Of a stretch of DNA of 64,000 bases, positions 9,422-19,018 are shown piece after piece. The notes under the pieces were generated by a model that saw nothing but the letters and a program-made list of their open reading frames with translations, made no database searches and was not told where the DNA came from. Each line of letters starts with the position of its first letter. The stretch's first letter is position 1. The stretch spans positions 544,001 through 608,000 of the forward strand of contig CAWJJC010000028.1 in the NCBI GenBank assembly GCA_963843145.1, given 5' to 3'. This DNA comes from an uncultured delta proteobacterium. GTDB lineage: Bacteria; Desulfobacterota; RBG-13-43-22. The translations under genes were made by a program, and so were the position numbers.

Positions 9422-11500
9422 ATGTCGATGCTGAAAACATGGCCCCCGAAACGAAGTCCTTCCAGCGGTCAAGAAACGACCTTTAAAAAGGGACTCATTG
9501 AGGTGGCTTTGGGAGAAAGACCTGCCCAGCAGGTGTTCCGGGGCGGTCGAGTCCTGAATGTCTACACCGGTGAACTAATCGAGGAAACCGTAGCGCTGTT
9601 CCGGGAGCGGATTGCTTATGTGGGTCCCTCGGAAAAGGCGATCGGGAAAAGAACCGAAGTCTGGGAAGCGCAAGGGCGTATCCTGGTTCCCGGGTATATG
9701 GACCCCCACTGCCACCCGGACCTCTATTCTAATCCGGCCTCCTTTTCGGATTGGGTTGTTCAAACCGGCACTACGGCGGTTTTTGCCGACATGCATGACT
9801 TGGCGAATGCGCTGGGACTGGCCGGAATCCTCCAAGTGTTGAAAGATATCCCTGGCTACCCCTTGACCTATTATCTGGGTGTTCCTTCTTCGGCCCCGCC
9901 CTTTCCGCACTTCGAAGGTGGGGAAAAGTTTCCTTTAACCGTTCTGCTCCGGCTTTTGAAGCGGCCGGAGGCCTTGGGGTTGAGCGAGGTGACGGCCTTT
10001 GTCCGCCTCCTGCAAAAAGATCCCCGGATGCTGAAATTGCTGGTTCAGGCCCGGCGACTGGGAAAAACGGCGGAAGGGCATACCATCGGGGTCAACCAGG
10101 AAAAACTGAATGCCCTGATCGGGGCCGGCCTGACCTCCTGCCATGAATCCCTGACCGCCGCCGATGTGCTGAAACGCCTGAGGCTGGGGCTGTATGTCAT
10201 GCTGCGCGGCGGCTCCATCCGCAACGATCTGCCGGAATTATGCCGGGCCGTCCGGCGGCTGTCCTCTTATGATACCTCCCGGATCATGTTGACTCCGGAC
10301 GGCCTTTTTCCGGAGGAGATGGCTCGGTCCGGGTATCTGGATTATCTGCTCCGGCAAGTGCTGGATCTAGGGGTTGAACCGGTGAAGGCCTATCAAATGG
10401 TGACCCTGAATCCGGCCCGTTATTTCGGGTTGGAGCTGGAACAGGGGGCCATCGCCCCGGGGCGTCGGGCGGATATTCTTCTTTTGAACGACTTGAAAGA
10501 TCCCCGCCCGGTCGGGGTAATGGCCAAGGGGAAATGGGTTCGGAGGGCCGGGAAAAGGACAGCCACTCAGGCGCCTCCCTTCCCTGCGGGCCCCTATGAT
10601 CACCCCTTTGACCTGCCGCCTATCGGGCCTGAATTTTTTCATTTTCAGGTGTCGCACCAGGACCCGTTGCCGATTATAAAAATCGATGACCGGACCGTCA
10701 CCCGGAGGGTGGACCGGAAGGTGCAGGACCGGACGGGAACCGTACAGGCTAATTCCCATGAAGACCTGGCCAAGGTGGCCCTGATCGAGCGTCAGGGAAA
10801 GCAGGCCGCCCTGGGCCTGGTCACTGGTTTCGGCGCCCGGCTGGGGGCCATCGCCTCCACCATGGCCCACGAAACCCACAATATCCTGGTCCTGGGTTTT
10901 GACGACCGGGACCTGGCCCGGGCGGTTAACGAGGTGGTGAAGATGGGCGGGGGGCTGGTCATTGTGAGTCAGGGAAAGGTGCTGGGGAGGCTGGGTCTGC
11001 CGATCGGGGGACTGATGTCTGCTAAGCCGGTTCCGGCGCTGGCCCGGGAAATGGCGCGATTTGTCCGGGTGCTGCGCGAATTGGGGAGCACCCTGGAAGA
11101 CCCGCTGCTGACTTTAAGCTTTCTTTCCTTCACTTCCCTGATTGAACTGCGGATTACCCTGTCCGGGATTTATGAGGTAAAAACCGGGAAGATTCTCTAT
11201 AATGCGATTACGATCCGGTTGATCTCTAATATATATCATGGTATATATTTTATCCGAGAGGTAACCATTATGCAAAGTGCAAAGTTATTTATCAATGGTA
11301 GAAGTCAGGCTGTCAGATTACCCAAAGAATTCCAGTTTTTCGGAAAAGATGTATTAATTCATAAAGTTGGTGATGCGGTCCTACTTCTTCCCCATGATAA
11401 ATCATGGGAAGTTTTCCTCCATGGCTTGAATAGCTTTTCCGATGACTTTATGAATAGTGGACGCGATCAAGGAATAAATCAGAGTAGAGAACAGCTATAA
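9422..11500 (+). CDS. ade: Adenine deaminase family amidohydrolase; homology ends near 11200, then the ORF reads through into VapB
   Basis: PGYMDPHCH, GTTAVFADMH, EGH, SCHE, NPARYFG, GAIAPGRRADI, GAIASTMAHETHN, LPIGGLMS. Confidence 0.85.
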   Translation: MSMLKTWPPKRSPSSGQETTFKKGLIEVALGERPAQQVFRGGRVLNVYTGELIEETVALFRERIAYVGPSEKAIGKRTEVWEAQGRILVPGYMDPHCHPDLYSNPASFSDWVVQTGTTAVFADMHDLANALGLAGILQVLKDIPGYPLTYYLGVPSSAPPFPHFEGGEKFPLTVLLRLLKRPEALGLSEVTAFVRLLQKDPRMLKLLVQARRLGKTAEGHTIGVNQEKLNALIGAGLTSCHESLTAADVLKRLRLGLYVMLRGGSIRNDLPELCRAVRRLSSYDTSRIMLTPDGLFPEEMARSGYLDYLLRQVLDLGVEPVKAYQMVTLNPARYFGLELEQGAIAPGRRADILLLNDLKDPRPVGVMAKGKWVRRAGKRTATQAPPFPAGPYDHPFDLPPIGPEFFHFQVSHQDPLPIIKIDDRTVTRRVDRKVQDRTGTVQANSHEDLAKVALIERQGKQAALGLVTGFGARLGAIASTMAHETHNILVLGFDDRDLARAVNEVVKMGGGLVIVSQGKVLGRLGLPIGGLMSAKPVPALAREMARFVRVLRELGSTLEDPLLTLSFLSFTSLIELRITLSGIYEVKTGKILYNAITIRLISNIYHGIYFIREVTIMQSAKLFINGRSQAVRLPKEFQFFGKDVLIHKVGDAVLLLPHDKSWEVFLHGLNSFSDDFMNSGRDQGINQSREQL
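11228..11249. promoter_or_regulatory. Probable vapBC autoregulatory operator
   Basis: Perfect 8-bp inverted repeat AATATATA-TCATGG-TATATATT ending 20 nt upstream of the vapB ATG. Confidence 0.6.
11270..11500 (+). CDS. vapB: VapB antitoxin (AbrB/MazE fold)
   Basis: MQSAKLFINGRSQAVRLPKEF motif; own GAGG RBS; TAATG coupling to vapC. Confidence 0.9.
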   Translation: MQSAKLFINGRSQAVRLPKEFQFFGKDVLIHKVGDAVLLLPHDKSWEVFLHGLNSFSDDFMNSGRDQGINQSREQL

Positions 11501-11916
11501 TGTATTTATTGGATACCAATATTTGCATTTATATAATCAAAAAGAAGCCAGTGGAGGTTTTAAGGATTCTCAAAAAGAAATCCCAAAAGGAGATTTTTGT
11601 TTCGTCCATAACCGTTGCGGAATTAGAGTATGGGGTTGCAAAAAGTTTATACCCGGGGAAAAATAAGGTAGCCTTAATTGAATTTCTATCTCTCTTCAAT
11701 ATATTGAACTTTGACGATAGGGATGCCGTTGAATTTGGGATCATCAAATTCAAATTAGAAAAAAGCGGCAAAATAATTGGTCCGATGGATTTACTATTAT
11801 CAGCCCAAGCAGAATCAAAAAAACTCATACTGGTCACCAATAATATTAGAGAATTTGAAAGAATTGAGGGTTTAAGAATTGAAAATTGGGTAGGAGAGAG
11901 CTATGGAAAAACATAA
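11500..11916 (+). CDS. vapC: VapC PIN-domain toxin
   Basis: YLLDTNICIY, SSITVAELEYG, IGPMDLLLSA, LVTNNIREFERI. Confidence 0.92.
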   Translation: MYLLDTNICIYIIKKKPVEVLRILKKKSQKEIFVSSITVAELEYGVAKSLYPGKNKVALIEFLSLFNILNFDDRDAVEFGIIKFKLEKSGKIIGPMDLLLSAQAESKKLILVTNNIREFERIEGLRIENWVGESYGKT

Positions 11917-13339
11917 GGTCCTGATCCGTAGGTGCGCGGCCTATGACCCGGATAAGATCGCCGGAATCATCAAGGAGGGGATGGAAGAGCTGGGCGTGAC
12001 CCCGGAAGGGCGGGTCCTTTTGAAGCCCAACGTGGTCCTGGCCCATCCGGAGGTCTTCCCCCAGGCCTTCACCCGGAAAGAGTTTCTGGACGGGGTCTTG
12101 ACAGCCGTCAAGGCCAAAGCCGGGAAGCTCAAGGAACTGGCCGTGGGGGAGCGTTCGGGCATCACCATCCCGACGCGATTCAATTTTAAGAAGGCCGGCT
12201 ACCCGGCGGTGATCCGAAAACACCGGGCCAAGGTCTACTATTTCGATGAGGTGCGTCAGGTGCCGCTGGAGCTGAAAAAGGATGGTCGCCTGCGAGACCT
12301 GATCTTCGTCCCCCAACCCGTTAAGGAATGTGATTTCCTGATCAATCTACCCAAATTCAAGGCCCATCCCTGGACCCGCTTAACCCTCAGTCTCAAAAAT
12401 TTCATCGGTATTCAGGACGATCGGCACCGGTTAATCGATCATACCAGTTTTCTGGAGCATAAAATTGTCGATCTCCAGGAAGTGATTCAACCTAAATTCA
12501 TTGCCATAGACGGCATCATCGCCGGTCAGAAGATGATGCTGACGCCGACCCCCTTTGAGCTGGGGGCCATCGTCATGGGGACCAATTCCTGCGCCGTGGA
12601 TACCGTGGGCTGCCACATGGTTCACGTGGATCCCCAGGATCTTATTCACCTCAAAATGGCCGCGGAAAGGGGCTACGGCCCCATGGATCTTGAGGAGATC
12701 GAGGTGGGCGGGGATTTTCCGCTGGAGGAGGTCCGGGACAAAACCAAGGATTTTCAGTTCTGCCTGGAGCGGATCGATGAGTATTTCCCCAAGGGAGGCA
12801 ACCTGACCTGCACCGTGGGGACCTTTCCGGAAAGGCATTCGGCGGATTACTGCTGGGGAGGGTGCCCGGGGGCCCTGCAGGAAGCGATCCACATTTTTCG
12901 GGGCTTTGATCCGGAGGCGGAACGAAAAATGAAAAAGATCCGCTACGTGGTGGGAAGGGTGGAGGGACCCCTTCACCTGGAACCGGATGAACGGGTCATT
13001 TTCGCCGGCAACTGTACCAGTTGGGAGGGGAATCTGGATGGAGAGCGAGTCAAGATCGAACCCTGCTACGATTCTCCCTCGGCCGTGGATGCCCGAAAAA
13101 CCCCATCGAATGACCTGATGAAAAAACTCGTTGCCGGGCTCTGGGACTGTTTTGAGAACCGTAAATCGAGATATGTCCGGATGAAAGGCTGTACGCTTTC
13201 GGTGGCCGAACATGTCAATTATCTTTCTTCGGTGGGAAAGATAAAGAATCCTAATTTCGATCCCCGCCTTTCCATCCCGGTGACCACGGCCTACTGCCAG
13301 ATGCGAGCCCAGCGGGCCATGAACCGGCTGTTCGGGTAA
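11903..13339 (+). CDS. DUF362 domain Fe-S protein
   Basis: VLLKPNVV, DFLINLPKFKAH, TLSLKNFIG, IDGIIAG; C-terminal Cys motifs. Confidence 0.8.
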   Translation: MEKHKVLIRRCAAYDPDKIAGIIKEGMEELGVTPEGRVLLKPNVVLAHPEVFPQAFTRKEFLDGVLTAVKAKAGKLKELAVGERSGITIPTRFNFKKAGYPAVIRKHRAKVYYFDEVRQVPLELKKDGRLRDLIFVPQPVKECDFLINLPKFKAHPWTRLTLSLKNFIGIQDDRHRLIDHTSFLEHKIVDLQEVIQPKFIAIDGIIAGQKMMLTPTPFELGAIVMGTNSCAVDTVGCHMVHVDPQDLIHLKMAAERGYGPMDLEEIEVGGDFPLEEVRDKTKDFQFCLERIDEYFPKGGNLTCTVGTFPERHSADYCWGGCPGALQEAIHIFRGFDPEAERKMKKIRYVVGRVEGPLHLEPDERVIFAGNCTSWEGNLDGERVKIEPCYDSPSAVDARKTPSNDLMKKLVAGLWDCFENRKSRYVRMKGCTLSVAEHVNYLSSVGKIKNPNFDPRLSIPVTTAYCQMRAQRAMNRLFG

Positions 13340-13364
13340 GGCGCAGGGCGCGGACCGTAAAGCG

Positions 13365-13540
13365 CGAAGCATGAAAAGAGGCTTTTAACGGATCGAGTCA
13401 GCTCGTCATTCCGGACAAGCGAAGCGCGATCCGGAATCCAGACCTCAGTTAAGCCTCAAAGGCCTGGATGCCGGATCGAGTCCGGCATGACGGAAAAAAT
13501 GAGGCCTAAAAGAGGTAGTGGATTCTAATTTCGTATTAAT
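13365..13540. repeat. Composite palindromic repeat containing a CGTCATTCCGG...ATGACG REP doublet (13404-13492)
   Basis: Shares the CGAAGCATGAAAA left flank and TTCTA(A/T)TTTCGTATTAAT right flank with 25873-26080. Confidence 0.7.
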
Positions 13541-13542
13541 TG

Positions 13543-13911
13543 CTAATGCAGGTCTAAAACCATTTTAAGGGCCTCATCGACCTCTACCATGCGCTCGGGG
13601 GGCATAGTCCCAACTAGGCGGGACTTTCCGGGCTTAAGATTCACAAAACGGTTCGGATCCAAGGACCGGATCTGAAAACAAAGGAATACCGTATCTTCGG
13701 GCAAACCGGTCTCCTGCGATGTAACCCGGACGTTAGTGGGGTAGTCTCGGGTCACCCTGGAAGCGTTCGTCCCGACCACTACTGAAATGACCAGCGGCTG
13801 ACGATTAATGGCGTCGGCGGATACCACTAAAACCGGTCGAAACCCGGCTTGCTCCCGTCCTTTGGTCGGCGTTAATTCCACAAAATAAATCTCTCCCCGC
13901 CTAATACCCAT
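13543..13911 (-). CDS. PemK/MazF family toxin
   Basis: RRGEIYFVEL.PTKGREQAGFRPVLVVS...N, CFQIRSLD. Confidence 0.9.
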   Translation of the reverse strand: MGIRRGEIYFVELTPTKGREQAGFRPVLVVSADAINRQPLVISVVVGTNASRVTRDYPTNVRVTSQETGLPEDTVFLCFQIRSLDPNRFVNLKPGKSRLVGTMPPERMVEVDEALKMVLDLH

Positions 13912-14179
13912 CGGCCAAACCGTCTTTTTCTGTTTCGGCAAATTCCTGAATAATGGTTTGGCACTGGGCCCTAATCTCCGGGTCATCCCCCATCTGTTTC
14001 ATCGCTTCCTCGAAGGTTTGTTTTCTCCGGTGCGCGGCAAAATCCTCCAGGGCCACCATGACCAGTCGATTAAAATTTTCTTTAAGCTCCGGGGGGGCGG
14101 CGGATTTTGCCTCCTCCACGAGCTTTCGAGGCAAAGCAATGCTTCTCCTCACGGTATTTGCATTATGCTGTGCTTTCAT
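13901..14179 (-). CDS. Ribbon-helix-helix-type antitoxin
   Basis: RRSIALPRKL N-terminus, acidic C-terminus ending DGL; overlaps the toxin start. Confidence 0.75.
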   Translation of the reverse strand: MKAQHNANTVRRSIALPRKLVEEAKSAAPPELKENFNRLVMVALEDFAAHRRKQTFEEAMKQMGDDPEIRAQCQTIIQEFAETEKDGLADGY

Positions 14180-14320
14180 TTGACACCTCAAGTAACACTA
14201 AATTAGCACCAAAAACTGCACCTGTCAAATCTTGATTTTGGTGGGAAGTGTGATCACGTGGCCAGACGGCCAGGCCAGATATGGGGGGTACCCCCCAAAA
14301 AGGGACAAAGCGTCAAATAA

Positions 14321-14627
14321 GATGAGTTCGCAAAAAGTCCAGAATTGTCATCCTGAACGAAGTGAAGGATCTCGGAACTAGCTGAAAAAACAAGATTCTT
14401 CGTCCCGCGCTATCGCGTGACGAAGAATGACAAACTCTCTCCGACAGAATTTTTGCGAGACCATCAATTAATGACGGTTTCGCAAAAAGTACTCCGGGCT
14501 GTCATTGCGAGGAGTCACGCCTTAGGCGTGACGACGAAGCAATCCCCAAGAATCAGCTACTTGCCATGGTGGGGATTGCTTCGCTTCGCTCGCAATGACG
14601 GGTTTTTCGACTTTTTGCGAACTTATC
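14321..14627. repeat. Two tandem MITE-like units with TTCGCAAAAAGT / TTTTTGCGA ends, each enclosing a different GTCAT...ATGAC REP doublet
   Basis: Inner doublets at 14347-14431 (GTCATCCTGAACGAAGTGAAGGATC) and 14501-14599 (GTCATTGCGAGG...GCAATGAC). Confidence 0.7.
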
Positions 14628-15130
14628 AATCTGGCCTACAGGGCTCCATGTTTTATGAACCGAAGGAATCAAGAGGAAGCCCGATTCGTCGATAAAGACG
14701 AGGTGGGCTGCCAGCCTTGCGGCGTTTTTTTTACACGGGGCCAGACAGATTGTTTCCATTTCTTGATGGCCTCTTCGTCCCGCTCAATAGCGCGACGTTC
14801 CGGCTTCTGGTGGCTCCAACCTATCTGGTGGAGGAGTTTGCCCACGTGATTACGATGGTATTTCACTCCCAGTTGACTTTCGATCAGTTCGGCAATGCGT
14901 TGTGTGGTCCACAACTCGGTTCGGTAGCCGTGTGCCATGGCCCCCTGAGTCAGGAATCGAACCAAGCGTTCTTTCTGTCTCGTTGTCAGCTTTGGCGGTC
15001 TCCCGGACACCGGCTTGGCCTTCAACGCTTTTTCACCACCGTTCTGGAATGCATCGCGCCACCGAAGGACGCTGCTGGCATGACAACCCATACGCCGGGC
15101 GATCTCATGAAGGGACAAATTTTGTTTAAG
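14628..15130 (-). mobile_element. Truncated IS630-family transposase (OrfA HTH plus start of the DDE domain)
   Basis: GRPPKLT, ELWTT.RIA, GWSHQKPERRAIERDE; A8 slippery run near 14725-14732 leads into VFIDESGF; cut off by the repeat at 14627. Confidence 0.85.
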
Positions 15131-15209
15131 AAATAATAAGGGCTAAACAAAATATTAGTTTGTCCGATGAAGCGTAATGGAATCTTAATTTTATTTAGAA
15201 AATGGAGCG

Positions 15210-15644
15210 ATGACTACTTTGAAATCAGGGTTTATCTTGGAAACCGGTAAAGGATTTACCATTATTGAGTTAATCGTTGTTATCGCCGTTATGGGTATCC
15301 TGGCGACGATAGCTATCGCCCGCACCTTGGATGCTCCGGTTATAAACGCTCGTGAGGCGGCGGCCATGGTAGGGACGGATGTCCGGCGGACACAGGAATT
15401 GGCCATGGCCAATATAGTCACCTACCGGATTGTTTTCGACGGGACAAGCAGTTACCAAATAATACGAGACCCCGGAGGAACCAATACCATTGTGAAAACA
15501 GAGACCATTCCCGCCGGAATAACCGCTTCCGCCACAACAATTGATTTTAATTCACTGGGAGAGCCCAGCGGGGGGGGCACCATTAACGTAGGGGGTAGTT
15601 CCGTGACGGTAGCCCAATATACCGGACGCGTCAACTACCTTTAA
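15210..15644 (+). CDS. Minor pilin/pseudopilin, FimT/GspH/MshC-like (cassette A)
   Basis: Prepilin motif KGFTIIELIVVIAVMGILA; IDFNSLGEP; C-terminal TGRV. Confidence 0.85.
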   Translation: MTTLKSGFILETGKGFTIIELIVVIAVMGILATIAIARTLDAPVINAREAAAMVGTDVRRTQELAMANIVTYRIVFDGTSSYQIIRDPGGTNTIVKTETIPAGITASATTIDFNSLGEPSGGGTINVGGSSVTVAQYTGRVNYL

Positions 15645-15663
15645 TCATGAGGTTTGCCGGGAT

Positions 15664-16083
15664 ATGACGCCTAAAAGATCCTCCTTAACCGCTTCGGACG
15701 GCTTCACCCTGATTGAGGTCATCGTTTTTCTGGTTGTCGCGGGTATAGTCCTACCCCTGGCAATTGCCCCATTCGTGACCGCCATTAACAAGAGTGGAGA
15801 CCCGCAAGCGGTGATCACGGCTAATTTTTTAGCCTCCCAAAAATACGAAAGACTTGTGGGGGCCGGGTATTCCAGCCTGCCGACCGCCTCCCAAGTGGAA
15901 ACCATAACTCTTAATAGTCAAACCTTTACCCGGACCACAGAGGCACCGGTTGAAGTGAGTGCCGCCGATCTGAGCACCCCCCAGAGCGGAACGGGAATCA
16001 AAAGGATCACCGTTACCGTGATCCAGGCCCAGGTCCTACCCGGTGGTTTGACCATTATCGGGCTGGTTTCCAATAGGGTATAA
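15664..16083 (+). CDS. Minor pilin, PilV/MshD-like (cassette A)
   Basis: DGFTLIEVIVFLVVAGIV; KRITVTV. Confidence 0.8.
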   Translation: MTPKRSSLTASDGFTLIEVIVFLVVAGIVLPLAIAPFVTAINKSGDPQAVITANFLASQKYERLVGAGYSSLPTASQVETITLNSQTFTRTTEAPVEVSAADLSTPQSGTGIKRITVTVIQAQVLPGGLTIIGLVSNRV

Positions 16084-16086
16084 CCC

Positions 16087-16563
16087 ATGGGTAAACCTCG
16101 AGGTTTCTCTTTTATCGAATTGATCGTAGTCATCGTTATTCTGAGCATCGTGGGTCTGATGGTCTTTAGTTTCCTGGGGAACAGCATGGCTTCTTATATG
16201 ATTGTCAAGGAGAGGGACCGGATATTCGATGAAGGCTTGACGGCCATGGAGCGGATGAGCCGCGAGATCAAGGATGCACGTTATGATTCCGTCACTTATC
16301 CGATCACGGCGGTGGCCAATACCAGCGTCTCCTTCACCCGGAAACACGCCACCCCGCGGGACGCCTCGACCAGTATCACTTTCCGGAGAAACGGAAATGT
16401 GTTGGAGCGGGTGGGGAATGTTTCGGGAACCCGCGTACTGGCCGGCAATGTGGCTTCTTTCTCCCCGACCGTTTCCGGGAAAAATGTGGATTTCAGCCTG
16501 GGTCTATCCGTCAGCGGTGGAGGGACCCTGGTGTTGCAATCAAGCGCCGTTGCCAGGAACTAA
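16087..16563 (+). CDS. Minor pilin, PilW/GspJ/MshO-like (cassette A)
   Basis: RGFSFIELIVVIVILSIVG; AMERMSREIK.A; C-terminal ARN. Confidence 0.8.
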   Translation: MGKPRGFSFIELIVVIVILSIVGLMVFSFLGNSMASYMIVKERDRIFDEGLTAMERMSREIKDARYDSVTYPITAVANTSVSFTRKHATPRDASTSITFRRNGNVLERVGNVSGTRVLAGNVASFSPTVSGKNVDFSLGLSVSGGGTLVLQSSAVARN

Positions 16564-16585
16564 AAGAGGATAAAGAAAATCCGCC

Positions 16586-17562
16586 ATGGCTGACCAGAAA
16601 AAAAATAAAAACGAATCCGGTTCGGCGATGATTATTATGATAGCTACCATAGCCGTTCTGAGCGTCATCGGCTACATACTGGGGTCATTGATTTCCAGAC
16701 ATCAGGAGTCCATATCTGTGAATATGGACTCAGCCCGGGCTTTCGCCCTCGTCCAAAGCGGAGTGGAATATGCGGGGAAATACCTCGAGGGGGCGAATTT
16801 TACGACCGTGGCCAATCCCCCTACCAAGACCCTGGGGACCGGCACCTTCAGCACCGCCTTCAGCGGGGCGACTATAAACCAAATTACCGCCACGATCACC
16901 GGGACTTCCGGTACGGCCACCCGCCGGATCACGGTCGGCTATAAGAAAAATGGGGGGGCCATCGTCAGCGGTACGTCCATCGATCCGGGGTCCAATCCGA
17001 ATGGTCACATAACCTGTGATGCCACTACAACTTGTAATAATAGTAACATGCAAACGTGTGCCTGCACTCTGGAAAATGTTCCGGCCTCGGCTATTCCGGT
17101 AATCCCGGTCCCATTGGCCGACACCGCCAGCCATACCCAGGGGATGCAGCGTCGGCAGCATTACCATTCCGGCAGGTACTTATTACTGCCCAACCTTTTC
17201 GATTAATCATAATCAGGATGCTCATGTGGCCGGCGTGGTAACGATATTTTGCGATCATTTCAGCATCGATAACCATGCCAGTTTAAATTTTGGGGCGAGC
17301 GATCAGGCCGCCAACCTGACCATCATCGCCTCCACTTCGGTTACTATCGATAACAACACGAATATGAAAGGGGCCGTTTATGCCCCCGGGGTTACGATAA
17401 CGCAGGAATAATAGCTCCGTCTTTCAGGGAATGATGGTGGGAAATTTTGTAAGCTTGAATAATAATTATACGGTGATCTATGATGCAACCGCCGGGGCGA
17501 ACACCCCTTATGGCGGCACCTTTTCAGCCTCGGTCAAGGCTGTCGACTGGCAGGGTTTTTGA
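16586..17562 (+). CDS. PilX/GspK/MshP-like protein with Asn-rich beta-strand C-terminal domain (cassette A); frameshifted
   Basis: NESGSAMIIMI lacks Glu+5; ARAFALVQSGVEYA; continues across frames (GAVYAP...) to VKAVDWQGF* at 17562. Confidence 0.65.
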
Positions 17563-17684
17563 TGATCCGAGTGGGGAAGTATTCCTTATTGTACATGTCA
17601 ATAAATTGAAATGGAAATCGGGATTCAGACCATAATGCTTTTTAGGTTCTAACCCGGCCCTCTTATCTTCAAATTTTTCAGATT

Positions 17685-18005
17685 AAGGGCCTCATCGACA
17701 TCTGCCATACGCTCTGGGGGCATAGTCCCGGCCAGGGGGGACTTGCCGGGGCTTAAGATCCACTGGCCAATCCGTCCCTTTCGGTTTCGGCAAACTCACG
17801 AACAATGGTTTGGCACTGGGCACTAATCTCCGGGTCATCCCCCATCTGTTTTATCGCTTCCTCGAAAGTTTGTTTTCTCCGGCGCGCGGCAAAATCCTCC
17901 AGGGCCACCATGACCAGTCGATTGAAGTTTTCTTTAAGCTCCGGGGTGGGGCGGCGGATTTTGCCTCCTCCACGAGCTTTCGAGGCAAAGCAATGCTTCT
18001 CTTCA
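17685..18005 (-). pseudogene. Degenerate second copy of the antitoxin/MazF module with most of the toxin deleted
   Basis: Closely similar to 13567-13643 joined directly to about 13912-14150. Confidence 0.85.
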
Positions 18006-18092
18006 CGGGTTTATTCTTTACATTAGGCGACGGATGAATTATATTCTTAAACAAATAATAATTCATTTTACTGATTATTGTAGAGGTGGATC

Positions 18093-18317
18093 ATGAGAAG
18101 CACGATTACCGAACGTGGACAGACGGTCATTCCTGCGGAAATACGGCGTCAATTCCGGTTAAGTCCGGCTGACCGCCTGGAATGGCTGGTGGAACCGCAG
18201 GGAATCCGGGTTGTTCCAGTGCGAGCCAATCCCATCGAGGCCTTTCGCGGCCAGGGCAAAGGAGGAGGGACGGAACGCTTGCTGGCAGACCGCCGGGAAG
18301 AGATGGAAAAGGAATGA
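18093..18317 (+). CDS. AbrB/MazE/SpoVT family antitoxin
   Basis: STITERGQTVIPAEIRRQF motif. Confidence 0.88.
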   Translation: MRSTITERGQTVIPAEIRRQFRLSPADRLEWLVEPQGIRVVPVRANPIEAFRGQGKGGGTERLLADRREEMEKE

Positions 18318-18736
18318 AAAGCTATCTGCTGGATACTTCCGCGATCTTGACGCTGCGAGACGATGAGCCCGGGGCCGACCGGGTGGCGGATCTGCTGGAG
18401 CAGACTCAACAGGGGCGGGTGCGGTGTCTGGGATGCTTCATCACCCTGATGGAAGTTTTTTATAGCGTTTGGCGGGATGAGGGGGAAGCTGCCGGCCGTT
18501 TGGCCTATGAGCAGTGTCTGACGCTGCCCATCGTCTGGGTTCATGAGTCTCCGAGTTTACTGAAACGGGCAGCGGCGATTAAGGCCAGTCATCTCCTATC
18601 CCTGGCGGACGCCTGGATTGCCGCTGCGGCGTTGGAGCAAGAGGCTGTTCTGATTCACAAGGACCCCGAGTTTCGGGCCGTGGAGGTAAAGCAGGAAGAG
18701 CTTCCACTGAAAAAGAAACGCGGCCGAAGAATCTGA
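18314..18736 (+). CDS. PIN-domain (VapC-like) toxin
   Basis: YLLDTSAIL, EPGADRV, LSLADAWIAA, HKDPEF; ATGA overlap with the antitoxin. Confidence 0.88.
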   Translation: MKSYLLDTSAILTLRDDEPGADRVADLLEQTQQGRVRCLGCFITLMEVFYSVWRDEGEAAGRLAYEQCLTLPIVWVHESPSLLKRAAAIKASHLLSLADAWIAAAALEQEAVLIHKDPEFRAVEVKQEELPLKKKRGRRI

Positions 18737-19018
18737 CGGGGCCCGCTCGTTATTTCGGATTTACTTTCCTTAAGGGGGCCTGGCCCTCGCCCGGCTGGTG
18801 GACCTGAAATTTGCCCGGCGCGGGGGCTCTGGATCGGTTTTTCCTGCTTTTCTCCTTTTCCCGGGCTTCTTTTTAGTCTTGTCGTAATGTTCCGGGGAAA
18901 CAAAGGCCTGCAGGCTACCGGCCGATAAGAACAAGATTCCACCCAACAATAATCCGGTCGAATTTCTTATTCAAAAAAGACATCCTTCACCTCTATTTCG
19001 CAAAAACAGTCATTAGGT

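Noticed and set aside
11270-18736. TA genes plus palindromes as an integron cassette array
   Set aside because: No intI, mixed gene orientations, and the palindromes lack RYYYAAC/GTTRRRY attC ends
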